From Verrucomicrobiota bacterium (GTDB taxonomy: Bacteria > Verrucomicrobiota > Verrucomicrobiia > Chthoniobacterales > UBA10450), in NCBI GenBank assembly GCA_003218885.1, contig QHOV01000154.1:1-46037 (forward strand): a stretch of DNA of 46,037 bases. Direction: 5' to 3'. Below are positions 1 through 9,724 of the stretch, in pieces. A model generated the notes under the pieces. It saw only the letters and a list, made by a program, of their open reading frames with translations, was not told the origin of the DNA and did not search any database. Within the stretch, counting starts at the first letter, position 1. Each line of letters begins with the position of its first letter. Made by a program: the position numbers and the translations under genes.

Positions 1-322
1 CATGGCTCTCGCAACTTCTACCACGCGTCGGACACGTGGCAAATGTTGCTGACTGATCTGGAAGCTGCGCATGAGGTGTTATTGCTTGCTTGCTGCGGGA
101 AGGGCTTTGGAAAGAGGCGGGTTGGGTTTCTCGGTCTATTGCTCGGCGCGAAGCTTACACACCGCGTAGACGAAGTCTTTTACGTGGATGATTTACACGC
201 ATGTGCTCAACACGCCAGGCATTGGTGTGAAGAGTCCGCTGGATTGAAAGTTCGTGATCGCGAGGGCACGACCACCATCAGGCGCAACGCGTGGCTGCTG
301 AGCGGCACGCCGCATTCCGCGA

Positions 323-3300
323 CTACGCGCGCACAGGCACGCTGGCGGTGCGCTCGAGTTTGCCCCAGCTTACCCATGCGCCTTTGATCGCGCGCAGGAT
401 CGCTTTCCAAATGCAGTAACTGAGCATCGGGCGGTAAATCAGGCGCATCGGCAAAATGCGCCAGGCGCGCAGAATTGGTTCGCGCTCCAAAATGCAAGCC
501 AGCGTGGCGAGGAGCACATCCATCGACAGGAACGTGATGATAAACGGCAGCACCGCGTTCCACGCGCCAAACGGAAGCGACGCAATCAGGAACAAATCCA
601 CCATTGGCGTAACAGCCACGAGAATGATTTGAAAAAACCAGACGCTCGGCAAACTGAACCAGCCAAGCGCGCGATAGTTCCAGTTGAACACCATGTCGCG
701 ATGTTTCCAAAGACATTGCAGCGTGCCGTAAGCCCAGCGAGAACGTTGGCGCGCCAGCGTGCGCACGGTTTCAGGCGCTTCCGTCCACGCAATTGCGTCG
801 GGGACGTAAACAATGCGCTGGCGATTTCGGTGCAATGAGAGAGTGAGGTCAGTGTCTTCGGCGAGAGTTTGCAGACTCAGACCGCCCGCTTCATTGATCG
901 CATCCTTTCGGATCGCGCTGATCGCGCCGGGCACAACGGTGATGCAGTTCCAGCGGTTGTAAGCGCGCCGGTCCAGATTGAAACCGCAGGTGTATTCCAG
1001 AGCCTGGCAGCGAGCGATAAACGTTCGCAAATTTCCGACCTTAGCATGACCTGACACCGCCCCGATCCGCGCATCTGCGAATGGCTCGAGCAAACGTGGC
1101 AGTGTATCGCGCTGACATTGCGTGTCAGCATCAATGAAAACAACGATGCCATTGCGCGCGGCCGCGAGACCGCGCTGCAACGCACGCGCTTTCCCATAAT
1201 TTTCCTGCCGCAACAAACGGATGCGCGGCTCGCTGGCTGCTACGTGTTCAACTTCCGCAGCGGTTTGGTCGCGCGAACCGTCGTCCACCACGACGACTTC
1301 GATTTCGCCATTGTAGTCTGTGGCGAGAAGCGTGCGCAAAGTCTCTGCGATCACTTTCTCTTCGTTGTAAGCGGCCATCACCACGCTGATCGGCTCGGCA
1401 AAATCTGTTTTCGGTCCCCGCCGAAAACGATACGCGAGGCAAACGACAATCAGCGTGCGAATAACCACCAGCGCCGTCGCCACGATCATGAATGCCCAGA
1501 GAAATTGCTCGATGCTGTGATACACGCGAAATCCGGTGCTGCTCACCAGACGGGTGAGTGATTGTGCGTTGCCTTGCACGGGCGGCATCACAGCGTCGCG
1601 TGTCGTGCCAAGCAGCGTGCTTAAAGGCACTATGGTGTCGCCTCGAGTATGCAGCCAATCTAAAATGAGCGGAAGCGCCTCCACGGTCTGCGAGCGGTCG
1701 CCGCCCGCATCGTGCAGTAAAATGACGCTGCCATCGTGCCGCTGCTGTTTAACGCGCCGCAGGATGATGTCCGCTCCAGGTTTCGCCCAGTCCTGCGGGT
1801 CGATATCCTCCAAGACCACGAGATAATTGAGGTCTTCGGCGATTTTTAGCGGAGCGAGTTCGCTAAGTTGCGTCGGGCCCGTATCAGACGCGTAAGGCGG
1901 ACGAAACAATGTGGTCGCGCGACCTGTTATCGTCTCCAGCAAAAGCTGTGTTGCATTAAGTTCAAGCCGGATGTGCTCCGGCCAGCAGAGCGCCAGGTTC
2001 GGATGATAATAAGTGTGGTTCCCGATCTCGTGCCCTTCGTTGACAATCCGACGAACAAGCGATGGGTAACGCTCCGCGTTTACGCCCACCAAAAAGAACG
2101 CAGCTTTCACGTTCGCCGCTTTGAGAATGTCCAAAATCTTTGGCGTCCATCGCGGATCGGGGCCGTCGTCAAAAGTGATTGCGACCTGGCGCTCGCCGCC
2201 GGCGCCTTGATGATAAAGCGTCGGGAATTCTGCAAACTTCACGTACGTCGCTGTGAGAAAACCGTCGGCGTCCACAGCGAGCTTTCGCATCCCATCCATG
2301 CGATCCTCGTCAACAGTGACAATCTCACCATCGCCAACGTCCGTTATCGTATCCGTCGATTTGATCAGCTCGAGCGATTGTCGCGTTTGATTATCCAACT
2401 TGAAATCCCGCGGCACGCTTAACGCGTCCCAGATTGCGGGATCTTCGCTGCCGAGACGGTAAAGCGCGAAACCGCCCGCCTTTTGGTCGCGCACCTCGCG
2501 CAATTGATTGAGGAATGTCGCGGCATCCAGAAACCAGACGGCGTGCTCCTTGTCCTCGTCCTGAAAATAAAAGTACGGGCTGTAACTCGGTCCGGCCACT
2601 TCTGCACTCTTGATTTCCGCATCATTGGCGCGGCTCATTGCTTCTGAAAAACTGATCAGCTCCGCCTTCTTCGCGCCGATCGTCCAATCATACCCATAGC
2701 TGCCGAGCGCGATGATCCATTGTTTGGTGTCGGAATCCTCCAGCAGCACGTGCAGCCAGCCGTCAAACCACGAGCGCGACGCTAGCGGCCCTGGCGGATC
2801 GGTGTCGGAGGTTTCATCAAACAACATCGCCACGAAACGATCGACGTTGTCGGAGAGCGCAGCGAAATCGATGTAATCGAGCTCCTGGCCCGGCTGAACG
2901 CACAGCCACAGCTCCTTGTTATCGTCGTGCAACGCGTCGGCAAACTTGTCGATAAACTTAGTGACGTCCTTTTTGTAAGCCGGATCAATTTGCTGCCAAT
3001 CGATCACCACGCCGGAAGCTTTCGCGCTGCGCAAGACCGAAAGCACACGTTGAATGAACTCATCCCGCCGCGCCGGTGGCCCGTGTGCCAGATTCTCGAT
3101 GGCTTCCGGCTGCCAGGTATCACCGACGAGGTTGGTCAGCAGCGGCATGAGAGCGATCCCCCTGGTCGCGGCCAGTTTCAATAGCCGGGTGTCCCCGTCG
3201 ATTTGCAAGTCGCCCATCCCATTCATCACAGTCATCCATTCCGGGCAAAGATGGGTAATCTGCGCCGCGTGTTGCTGAAGCGAGGCGTAGCTGTACGGAT

Positions 3301-3784
3301 CTCCGTTGGTGTAAAATGCGAGCCGTACTTCGTTATCGGGTGATTTCTTCCTGGGTCGCGGCGAAGTCGTTGGCGCTGGACCGGCAAGCTTTTTGGCCGC
3401 TTGTCGCGCGGCGCTAAATTTCTGCCACAGCAGCGAGCTCGCAGACAACTGGCCGGCCGGATTTTCCTTTTGCAACGCTTTCAGTTGGCCCTTTAACTGC
3501 CGCAGGGAAAACGGCACGTTCATCTGCGGCGTGACAAAAAGCGTCTGAACGAACAGCACTATCCCCAGAAAAAACAGCACGCTACCTATAAGCAGAATCA
3601 AGCGCAGACGTGGCCAGCGTTTACCGGTGGGATCGGAGAAAACGAATGGCGTGACTTCTTCTGGAGGAAACTCAGGCATGCGGTGCTTATAATCGCCCAG
3701 ACGGAAGAATAAGAAAATCCGATTCTGTCGTTTTCGGCGTTGGATGCTTGCCACGCCATAGCCTTGCGAAGGCGGGTGGGGCAT
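323..3784 (-). CDS. Three-domain exopolysaccharide synthase: TM anchor + GH18-like domain + NodB-type polysaccharide deacetylase + processive family-2 glycosyltransferase (PgaC/IcaA/NodC-like) with C-terminal TM bundle
   Basis: 1153-aa ORF. NodB motifs 'TFDDGPD', 'HEIGNHTYYH', 'LFRPPY'. GT2 motifs 'VVVDDGSRD', 'FIDADT', 'QRSRWAYG' (QxxRW), followed by several hydrophobic helices. The GH18-like block has 'SGVVIDWQQID' where GH18 enzymes carry DxxDxDxE. TM helices lie at the N-terminus and between the deacetylase and GT2. An alternative Met is at 3679. Confidence 0.85.
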   Translation of the reverse strand: MPHPPSQGYGVASIQRRKRQNRIFLFFRLGDYKHRMPEFPPEEVTPFVFSDPTGKRWPRLRLILLIGSVLFFLGIVLFVQTLFVTPQMNVPFSLRQLKGQLKALQKENPAGQLSASSLLWQKFSAARQAAKKLAGPAPTTSPRPRKKSPDNEVRLAFYTNGDPYSYASLQQHAAQITHLCPEWMTVMNGMGDLQIDGDTRLLKLAATRGIALMPLLTNLVGDTWQPEAIENLAHGPPARRDEFIQRVLSVLRSAKASGVVIDWQQIDPAYKKDVTKFIDKFADALHDDNKELWLCVQPGQELDYIDFAALSDNVDRFVAMLFDETSDTDPPGPLASRSWFDGWLHVLLEDSDTKQWIIALGSYGYDWTIGAKKAELISFSEAMSRANDAEIKSAEVAGPSYSPYFYFQDEDKEHAVWFLDAATFLNQLREVRDQKAGGFALYRLGSEDPAIWDALSVPRDFKLDNQTRQSLELIKSTDTITDVGDGEIVTVDEDRMDGMRKLAVDADGFLTATYVKFAEFPTLYHQGAGGERQVAITFDDGPDPRWTPKILDILKAANVKAAFFLVGVNAERYPSLVRRIVNEGHEIGNHTYYHPNLALCWPEHIRLELNATQLLLETITGRATTLFRPPYASDTGPTQLSELAPLKIAEDLNYLVVLEDIDPQDWAKPGADIILRRVKQQRHDGSVILLHDAGGDRSQTVEALPLILDWLHTRGDTIVPLSTLLGTTRDAVMPPVQGNAQSLTRLVSSTGFRVYHSIEQFLWAFMIVATALVVIRTLIVVCLAYRFRRGPKTDFAEPISVVMAAYNEEKVIAETLRTLLATDYNGEIEVVVVDDGSRDQTAAEVEHVAASEPRIRLLRQENYGKARALQRGLAAARNGIVVFIDADTQCQRDTLPRLLEPFADARIGAVSGHAKVGNLRTFIARCQALEYTCGFNLDRRAYNRWNCITVVPGAISAIRKDAINEAGGLSLQTLAEDTDLTLSLHRNRQRIVYVPDAIAWTEAPETVRTLARQRSRWAYGTLQCLWKHRDMVFNWNYRALGWFSLPSVWFFQIILVAVTPMVDLFLIASLPFGAWNAVLPFIITFLSMDVLLATLACILEREPILRAWRILPMRLIYRPMLSYCIWKAILRAIKGAWVSWGKLERTASVPVRA

Positions 3785-3808
3785 TCGATGTTAGACGTTG
3801 ATTGTTAA

Positions 3809-4357
3809 ATGCATATCGAGCCAGATACACTGCCGAGCGGGCACGCCGGCATCGCTGCGCGTTTGAAAAAAGGTCCCACAATTCATTCGAGCGCGTGGGT
3901 CGTCCCAGGCGCGACGGTACTCGGCGATGTGGTTCTCGAAGAAGAATCCAGCGTGTGGTACGGCGCGGTGCTCCGGGGCGACATCAACCGCATCATCATC
4001 GGACCGCGCTCAAATATTCAGGATAATGCCGTCGTTCACGTCGATACGAACTATCCGACAACCATGGGCGAGTTGGTCACCGTCGGCCATAATGCCGTCG
4101 TCCATGCGTGCAAGGTTGACGATGAAGTGCTGGTTGGCATGGGCGCCACTATTCTAGACGATGTCGAGATAGGCGCGCGCTCCATCATCGGCGCAAACGC
4201 GCTGGTCACAATTGGAATGAAAATTCCGCCCGGCTCACTCGTTTTGGGGTCGCCCGCGAAAATTCGACGGCAACTTACACTCGACGAGCAGAAGGACATC
4301 GCGCGCTGGGCCTGGAGCTACGTGGAAACCGCGAAGCAGTTCCGCGAACTTTGCTAA
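3809..4357 (+). CDS. Gamma-class carbonic anhydrase family / left-handed beta-helix (hexapeptide repeat) protein (YrdA/PaaY-like)
   Basis: 182 aa. 'GATVLGDVVLEEESSVWYGAVLRGDINRIIIGPRSNIQDNAVVHVD' and repeated hexapeptide pattern typical of gamma-CA-like LbH proteins. Confidence 0.85.
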   Translation: MHIEPDTLPSGHAGIAARLKKGPTIHSSAWVVPGATVLGDVVLEEESSVWYGAVLRGDINRIIIGPRSNIQDNAVVHVDTNYPTTMGELVTVGHNAVVHACKVDDEVLVGMGATILDDVEIGARSIIGANALVTIGMKIPPGSLVLGSPAKIRRQLTLDEQKDIARWAWSYVETAKQFRELC

Positions 4358-4448
4358 GGCTGTAGCGCTATTTTGGTCGCACCGGCGGCGGCGGGATCCA
4401 ACTTCTTATGGCTTGCATCCACAGAATTCGACCAACAATAATGCACTG

Positions 4449-4955
4449 ATGAAAAGAACTGTCGTTTTCGCATTAGTTTCTGCTTTGACCGTGGTGTACC
4501 CTTTGGTGCGGTCATCCGCACAAAGCCCTACCGAAGCGACGCAACCGGCGGACATGCGTCTTTATCCTTCGACAACGATTGAATGGAAAGTCGGACCGCC
4601 CTCATTGCCGGCCGGTGCGAAGATGGCTGTGCTCGAAGGTGATCCGACGAAGGAGGGCCCATTCGTGATGCGACTTCAGGCGCCTGATGGTTATCACATC
4701 CTACCGCATACCCATCCGAAAACCGAACGTGTGACGGTGATTTCCGGAACAATGTTCCTCGCCACGGGAGAAAATCTCGATCGTAGCGCGGCAAAAGCTC
4801 TGCCTGCCGGCACCTACGGTCTCTGGCCCGCCGGGATGAAGCACACTGCTTGGTTCGAGGGCGGCACGGTTATCCAAATCCACGGCACAGGCCCGTGGCA
4901 GATCAATTATGTGAATCCCGTCGACGATCCGAGGAACGCAAAGAAATCGCCCTAA
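4449..4955 (+). CDS. Secreted cupin-domain protein
   Basis: Signal-peptide-like N-terminus 'MKRTVVFALVSALTVVYPLVRSSAQ' starting at ATG 4449 (the track ORF starts at TTG 4413). Cupin-like 'HILPHTHPKTERVTVISGTM...GLWPAGMKHTAW'. Confidence 0.7.
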   Translation: MKRTVVFALVSALTVVYPLVRSSAQSPTEATQPADMRLYPSTTIEWKVGPPSLPAGAKMAVLEGDPTKEGPFVMRLQAPDGYHILPHTHPKTERVTVISGTMFLATGENLDRSAAKALPAGTYGLWPAGMKHTAWFEGGTVIQIHGTGPWQINYVNPVDDPRNAKKSP

Positions 4956-4979
4956 GTCACTGGCTTTCGCAGAAGCGCC

Positions 4980-6083
4980 CTACAAATCGTAGGCCAAGCC
5001 GCGCGCGTTCTCGCGCAATAATTCCGCTGCGCGTTTCATGTTTTCTTCCCGACTCATTCCCGGTCGCGTGTTTTCAGAAACGCCGTCGAAAATCTCACGG
5101 ACTTCTCGATCTGTGCTTGCGCGGCCGACGATTGCGAAAACACGTTTTCCGAGTTGTCGTGCCAGTCGCGCCACGCCGGCTGGCGTTTTCCCTTCGAGGG
5201 TCTGCCGATCCAGACTTCCCTCGCCTGTAATCACAACATCGGCATCTTTGATTTTCGCTTCGAGGCCGACTGCCTCTGCTACAACGTCAAACCCCGGTCG
5301 AATTTTCGCGCCGCAAAAACTCATCAGGCCGAAGCCCAGTCCGCCTGCTGCGCCGGCACCGGGTTTATCGCGATAATCAAAACCAAATTCTTCGGCGACA
5401 ACATCAGCCAGTCTGGTCAGTGCCCGTTCCAATTTGTCGATCTGGTCCTTTGTCACGCCTTTCTGCGCACCAAACACGCGCGTCGCGCCATTCTTGCCGA
5501 GCAATGGATTTTTCACATCCACCGCAGCAATAATCTTCGGCAGGATCAAGTCTTTCGGCTTCTGGATTCGCTCGAGACCAGCCAGCTCGGTAACCGCGCC
5601 TCTTAACTCGTGCTCATGCGCGAGAAATCGAAAACCCAAAGCGCGCGCCATTCCGAATCCGCCATCGTTTGTTGCGCTGCCACCAAGGCCAATAATGATT
5701 TCGTTCGCGCCACGATTTGCGGCGTCCAAAATCATTTCGCCAATGCCGCATGTATTTGCCCGAAGCGGATCACTTTCGCTTTGAGTTAGCCGTCGCATTC
5801 CGGCGGCTTCACTCATTTCCATCACTGCGAGTTTCGCGTCTTCGATCCAAGCGTAACGCGCACCGATCTCGCGACCCAGCGGATCGTGTGCTTTGCATTG
5901 CAACCAAGTACAGGCTTGTGCACCGCAAATCACTTCCGCAGTTCCCTCGCCACCGTCTGCCATCGGCACGATGTCGATCTTTGTGTCCCGCAGCGCATCG
6001 CGCAGCCCCTTGGCAATGTTTTCGGCAACTTCATGCGCGTTGAGCGCGCCTTTAAATTTGTCGGGAGCGATGAGGATTTTCAT
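4980..6083 (-). CDS. glxK: Glycerate kinase
   Basis: 367 aa. N-terminus 'MKILIAPDKFKGAL', 'VPMADGGEGT', 'GGSATNDGGFGMA', 'VITGEGSLDRQTLEGK' are typical glycerate kinase family signatures. Confidence 0.9.
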   Translation of the reverse strand: MKILIAPDKFKGALNAHEVAENIAKGLRDALRDTKIDIVPMADGGEGTAEVICGAQACTWLQCKAHDPLGREIGARYAWIEDAKLAVMEMSEAAGMRRLTQSESDPLRANTCGIGEMILDAANRGANEIIIGLGGSATNDGGFGMARALGFRFLAHEHELRGAVTELAGLERIQKPKDLILPKIIAAVDVKNPLLGKNGATRVFGAQKGVTKDQIDKLERALTRLADVVAEEFGFDYRDKPGAGAAGGLGFGLMSFCGAKIRPGFDVVAEAVGLEAKIKDADVVITGEGSLDRQTLEGKTPAGVARLARQLGKRVFAIVGRASTDREVREIFDGVSENTRPGMSREENMKRAAELLRENARGLAYDL

Positions 6084-6084
6084 T

Positions 6085-6114
6085 GGTAGAGTCGGCGCGC
6101 TGCGCCGACCGGAC
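6085..6114 (-). repeat. Family-2 GC-rich hairpin repeat
   Basis: GGTAGAGTCGGCGCGCTGCGCCGACCGGAC. Its reverse complement matches 16953..16982 at 28 of 30 positions. The core hairpin is GTCGGCGC-GCT-GCGCCGAC. Confidence 0.8.
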
Positions 6115-6130
6115 GCCGCGCCGCGGCCTC

Positions 6131-7585
6131 CTACCCTTTCAACTTCTTTTCTAAGATTTCGCCCGCCAATCGCGGATTCGCCTTCCCTTTCGAGCGTTTG
6201 ATCACCTGGCCTTTGAGAAAATTCAGCGAAGCCATGTTACCCGCCTTGTAATCTGCCACGGGCTTGGGATTTGCCGCAATCACGTCGTCGCAGAGCGCTT
6301 CGATCGCGCCAGCGTCGCTTAATTGCTCGATCCCTTTCTCCTTCACAATCGCGGCCGCGCTCATTCCGGTTGCAAACATCTCCGCGAACACTTCCTTGCC
6401 TTGCTTGCCGCTAATTTTCCCTGTGTCGATGAGGTTAACCAGCTCATCCAGCGCCTCCGGCGGAATCGGACAATCATGGATGGCCTTACCGGCGGCGCTG
6501 AGCGCGTTCTGCAAATCGTTTAGGATCCAGTTGGCGATATTCTTCGGTTTCTTAGCGCCTTTAGCGGCCGCCTCAAAATATCTTGCCAGCTCCAGATCGT
6601 TCGCCAGCACGCCTGCATCGTACGGGCTGACCTGATATTGATCCACGAAGCGCGCGCGCTTCGCTTTTGGTAACTCCGGCACGTGCTCTCGCACATCAGC
6701 TACCAATACGTCAGTTTTCACGGGCACCAGATCAGGATCTGGAAAATAGCGGTAGTCGTGTGCGAACTCTTTCGTGCGCATGAGAAAGGTTTCGCCAGCG
6801 GCATCGTCCCAGCCGCGCGTCTCCTGTTCGAGTTGTTCGCCACTCTCCAGTACGCTGATTTGGCGACGGATCTCGTAAGCGAGAGCGCGCCGCACGCCGC
6901 TGATCGAGTTCATGTTCTTGATCTCAATTTTTGCTCCGAGTTCGCGTTGCCCTTCGGGCCGTACGGAAACGTTGCAATCGCAGCGGAGCTGTCCTTTTTC
7001 CATGTCGGCGTCACTCACTTCGCCGTAGATCAGGATTTGTTTCAGCGCCGTTAAAAACGCGAACGCTTCCTCTGGCGAATTGATTTGGGGCTGCGTCACG
7101 ATCTCCATCAACGGAGTGCCGGCGCGGTTAAAATCAATCCCTGTGCTGTTCTCGAAATGAAAACTCTTCGCGACGTCCTCTTCGAGATGGATCCGCACCA
7201 GACGCACTTCCTTGTCTGGGGTTGCGATATTTTTCTGCGCATCTTTCGGATAGGCCAGGTCATGTAATGGCACGCTGCCATTTGTGCAAAGCGGCATGTC
7301 GTATTGGGAAATCTGGTAATTCTTTGGCATGTCCGGATAGAAATAGTTTTTGCGGTCGAATTTGGAAACCGGCGCGATGTCGCATCCGAGCATGAGCCCG
7401 GTAAGAACCGTCATGCGCAACGCTTCCCGATTCATCACTGGCAAAGCGCCAGGCAGACCGAGGCAAATCGGACAAGTGTGAGTGTTCGGCTCCGCTCCGA
7501 ACTCAACGGGAGAATCACAAAACATCTTCGAGCGTGTCTTGAGCTGCACGTGCACTTCAAGACCGATGGTGGTGATGTAATTCAT
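6131..7585 (-). CDS. gatB: Asp-tRNA(Asn)/Glu-tRNA(Gln) amidotransferase subunit B
   Basis: 484 aa. 'IGLEVHVQLKT.SKMFC', 'NTHTCPICLGLPGALPV', 'DRKNYFYPD.PK.YQISQ', and a C-terminal GatB/YqeY domain. Confidence 0.95.
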   Translation of the reverse strand: MNYITTIGLEVHVQLKTRSKMFCDSPVEFGAEPNTHTCPICLGLPGALPVMNREALRMTVLTGLMLGCDIAPVSKFDRKNYFYPDMPKNYQISQYDMPLCTNGSVPLHDLAYPKDAQKNIATPDKEVRLVRIHLEEDVAKSFHFENSTGIDFNRAGTPLMEIVTQPQINSPEEAFAFLTALKQILIYGEVSDADMEKGQLRCDCNVSVRPEGQRELGAKIEIKNMNSISGVRRALAYEIRRQISVLESGEQLEQETRGWDDAAGETFLMRTKEFAHDYRYFPDPDLVPVKTDVLVADVREHVPELPKAKRARFVDQYQVSPYDAGVLANDLELARYFEAAAKGAKKPKNIANWILNDLQNALSAAGKAIHDCPIPPEALDELVNLIDTGKISGKQGKEVFAEMFATGMSAAAIVKEKGIEQLSDAGAIEALCDDVIAANPKPVADYKAGNMASLNFLKGQVIKRSKGKANPRLAGEILEKKLKG

Positions 7586-7600
7586 GCTGGCTAGAATATC

Positions 7601-7672
7601 CGTTGAAGCGCTGAAGCCTTAAAACGTCAAACGGTCTCCGCTTCAATGCTTCAACCTTTTAACGCTTCAACG
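7601..7672. repeat. Family-3 'AACGCTTCAACG' repeat cluster
   Basis: Contains GTTGAAGCG, its complement CGCTTCAA, and TTAACGCTTCAACG (7659..7672). That 14-mer is identical to 41633..41646. Confidence 0.75.
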
Positions 7673-8591
7673 AATTCTGCTCCAGTGCGTAATCGAGCGC
7701 GCGTTGGAAATTGAATTTTTTTATTCGCTCGGCAAGCACGGGATCGTTCGCTGCATCGATGATCCGTTGATTTCGAAGAAGATCGAGAAACCGCCGTTGT
7801 GTGATCATCTCGGAGATTTCTGGGTCATCACGCAACGCCACGATTTCGGGATGCTCGCTCAACTCGCGCGCACCTGGAAACGACAGGAACCTTTGGGCTC
7901 GTTCCGGACTGGAAATCACCGCGCCGATTTTCGCCAGCGTGTCATAGCTCTTTTCCGAAACAGGATCCGTTTGCTTGATCGTGTTTCCAAGCTGACCGAG
8001 TTCCAGTGAATTTTTTAGACGCGTCAGTGATGCAGCAAATGCAGCAGATTGTTCTCTTCCGTCTCCGAGAAAGTGCCGCCGACCTTCCAAGGCATGGGAT
8101 GTGGCGTCCGAACCGGCGTGCACGGTAGCTGGTCGGCTGCGGACCTGCGCGTCTGCCACGGCACCGACGGCGCGTACGCCCGCTACGACCAGCCAAATAG
8201 CGAAGAGGCCAAAAAACAATCCGACAATCGCGCCTGCGAATCCGTAAATGAGTTGGAAACTTCTGGAATCCTGTTCGCCGGTTCGTTTGAACAAGATTGC
8301 TCCGATGCTGCTCACCACAGCGTACGCAACAAACGCCAGCATTGCGCTGCCCAGCGCCGACAGAATCAAGTCAGGCATTTTCAGAACTGGGCGGGCTATC
8401 GGAACAAGCAGCTTCCCGCCGAAAAACGCCGCCGCATACGCAGCGACGAGCGCGGCAAGCCGCATCAATTGGCGAAGCAACCCCAAGCGCCAGCCGCGCA
8501 CGACTTCGAACAAGATCAACACCACGGCAAAAGAAAGGAAGACTGCCTGCCAAACCGGCGAACCGGCTGTCGGTTGCGGTTCAGGCGTCAC
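7659..8591 (-). CDS. CvpA-family membrane protein
   Basis: Several hydrophobic helices followed by a soluble C-terminal domain. The track ORF (to 8690) overlaps aroC by 100 nt. GTG at 8591 forms a GTGA overlap with the aroC stop and is the more plausible start. The start remains uncertain. Confidence 0.65.
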   Translation of the reverse strand: MTPEPQPTAGSPVWQAVFLSFAVVLILFEVVRGWRLGLLRQLMRLAALVAAYAAAFFGGKLLVPIARPVLKMPDLILSALGSAMLAFVAYAVVSSIGAILFKRTGEQDSRSFQLIYGFAGAIVGLFFGLFAIWLVVAGVRAVGAVADAQVRSRPATVHAGSDATSHALEGRRHFLGDGREQSAAFAASLTRLKNSLELGQLGNTIKQTDPVSEKSYDTLAKIGAVISSPERAQRFLSFPGARELSEHPEIVALRDDPEISEMITQRRFLDLLRNQRIIDAANDPVLAERIKKFNFQRALDYALEQNSLKR

Positions 8592-9679
8592 CGCGATCGA
8601 CCACCGATGGCTTGCTGCCGCAGTGCGTGATCGCAAAGCACCAGCGCGGCCATCGCTTCCACAATTGGCACTGCTCGAGGAAGAACGCACGGATCATGGC
8701 GTCCGCGCGCCGCGAGCTCGCTTTGTTGCTTTGAATTGGTGACGGTTTTCTGCCGAAGCGCGATCGTCGCTGGCGGTTTGAATCCCACGCGGAAATAAAT
8801 GTCTTCACCGTTGCTGATTCCACCCTGCACGCCGCCGGAGTTGTTTGTCATTGTGCGTATTTTTCCGCCGCGCATTTCGAAAGGATCATTGTGCTGCGAA
8901 CCGCGCATCCGCGTCGCTGCAAATCCGGAGCCGATCTCAAAGCCTTTGGTGGCCGGTATGCTCAGCATCGCTTTCGCCAGGTCTGCTTCCAGCTTGTCGA
9001 AAACAGGCTCGCCAATCCCAGGCGCGACGCCACGTGCAACGCACTCAATCACGCCCCCAACTGAGTCGCCCTCGTCACGAACTTGCTCTATTAACGATAT
9101 CATCTTTTTTGCAGCGACGGCGGCCGGGCACCGAACAATGTTCTTTTCCACGTCTTTCATTTTCACAGCAGCGCGATCAACGCTTGCAACGATGTCGTGA
9201 ACTTGCGCCACGTACGCGACGATCTCGAAGTGCGCGTACAAACCTGATAATATCTTTTTTGCAATCGCGCCCGCGGCCACGCGACCAATCGTCTCGCGCG
9301 CAGACGCGCGGCCCCCGCCCTGCCAATTTCGAATTCCATATTTAGCCTCGTAAGTGTAATCGGCGTGTGACGGCCGAAATTTGCCGGCGATCTCACTGTA
9401 ATCTTCAGGCCGAGCGTCTTTGTTGCGCACCATTATCGTGAGGGGAGTGCCGAGCGTTTTCCCTTCGAAAACGCCAGAGAGAATCTCGCATCGGTCTTCC
9501 TCTTTCCGTTGCGTCGTCAGTTTGCTTTGACCCGGCCGCCGGCGATCTAACTCTCGTTGAATCTCCGCTTCAGAGATGTCGATCCGCGGCGGGCAACCGT
9601 CGATCACCACGCCGATGCCGCCGCCATGCGATTCACCAAAAGTGGTGACGCGAAAGAGCCGGCCGAATGTATTGCCCAT
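8588..9679 (-). CDS. aroC: Chorismate synthase
   Basis: 363 aa. '[31 protein letters not shown]', '[12 protein letters not shown]', '[10 protein letters not shown]'. Confidence 0.95.
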   Translation of the reverse strand: MGNTFGRLFRVTTFGESHGGGIGVVIDGCPPRIDISEAEIQRELDRRRPGQSKLTTQRKEEDRCEILSGVFEGKTLGTPLTIMVRNKDARPEDYSEIAGKFRPSHADYTYEAKYGIRNWQGGGRASARETIGRVAAGAIAKKILSGLYAHFEIVAYVAQVHDIVASVDRAAVKMKDVEKNIVRCPAAVAAKKMISLIEQVRDEGDSVGGVIECVARGVAPGIGEPVFDKLEADLAKAMLSIPATKGFEIGSGFAATRMRGSQHNDPFEMRGGKIRTMTNNSGGVQGGISNGEDIYFRVGFKPPATIALRQKTVTNSKQQSELAARGRHDPCVLPRAVPIVEAMAALVLCDHALRQQAIGGRSR

Positions 9680-9724
9680 TGCGTGTATTGTAGCACAGGC
9701 TCTTTGGCTGTGGACCGTACCATG

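Noticed and set aside
43-716. Track ORFs 43..387 (+), 207..716 (-), 586..813 (-) and 629..838 (+) at the left edge. The + frame is open from base 1 to 387 and could be the tail of a gene entering the window.
   Set aside because: The translations are rich in Arg, Cys, Trp and His and show no recognisable motif. Most overlap the strongly supported GT2 C-terminus in other frames. The 1..322 stretch stays unassigned, and I cannot support a CDS or RNA call there from sequence alone.
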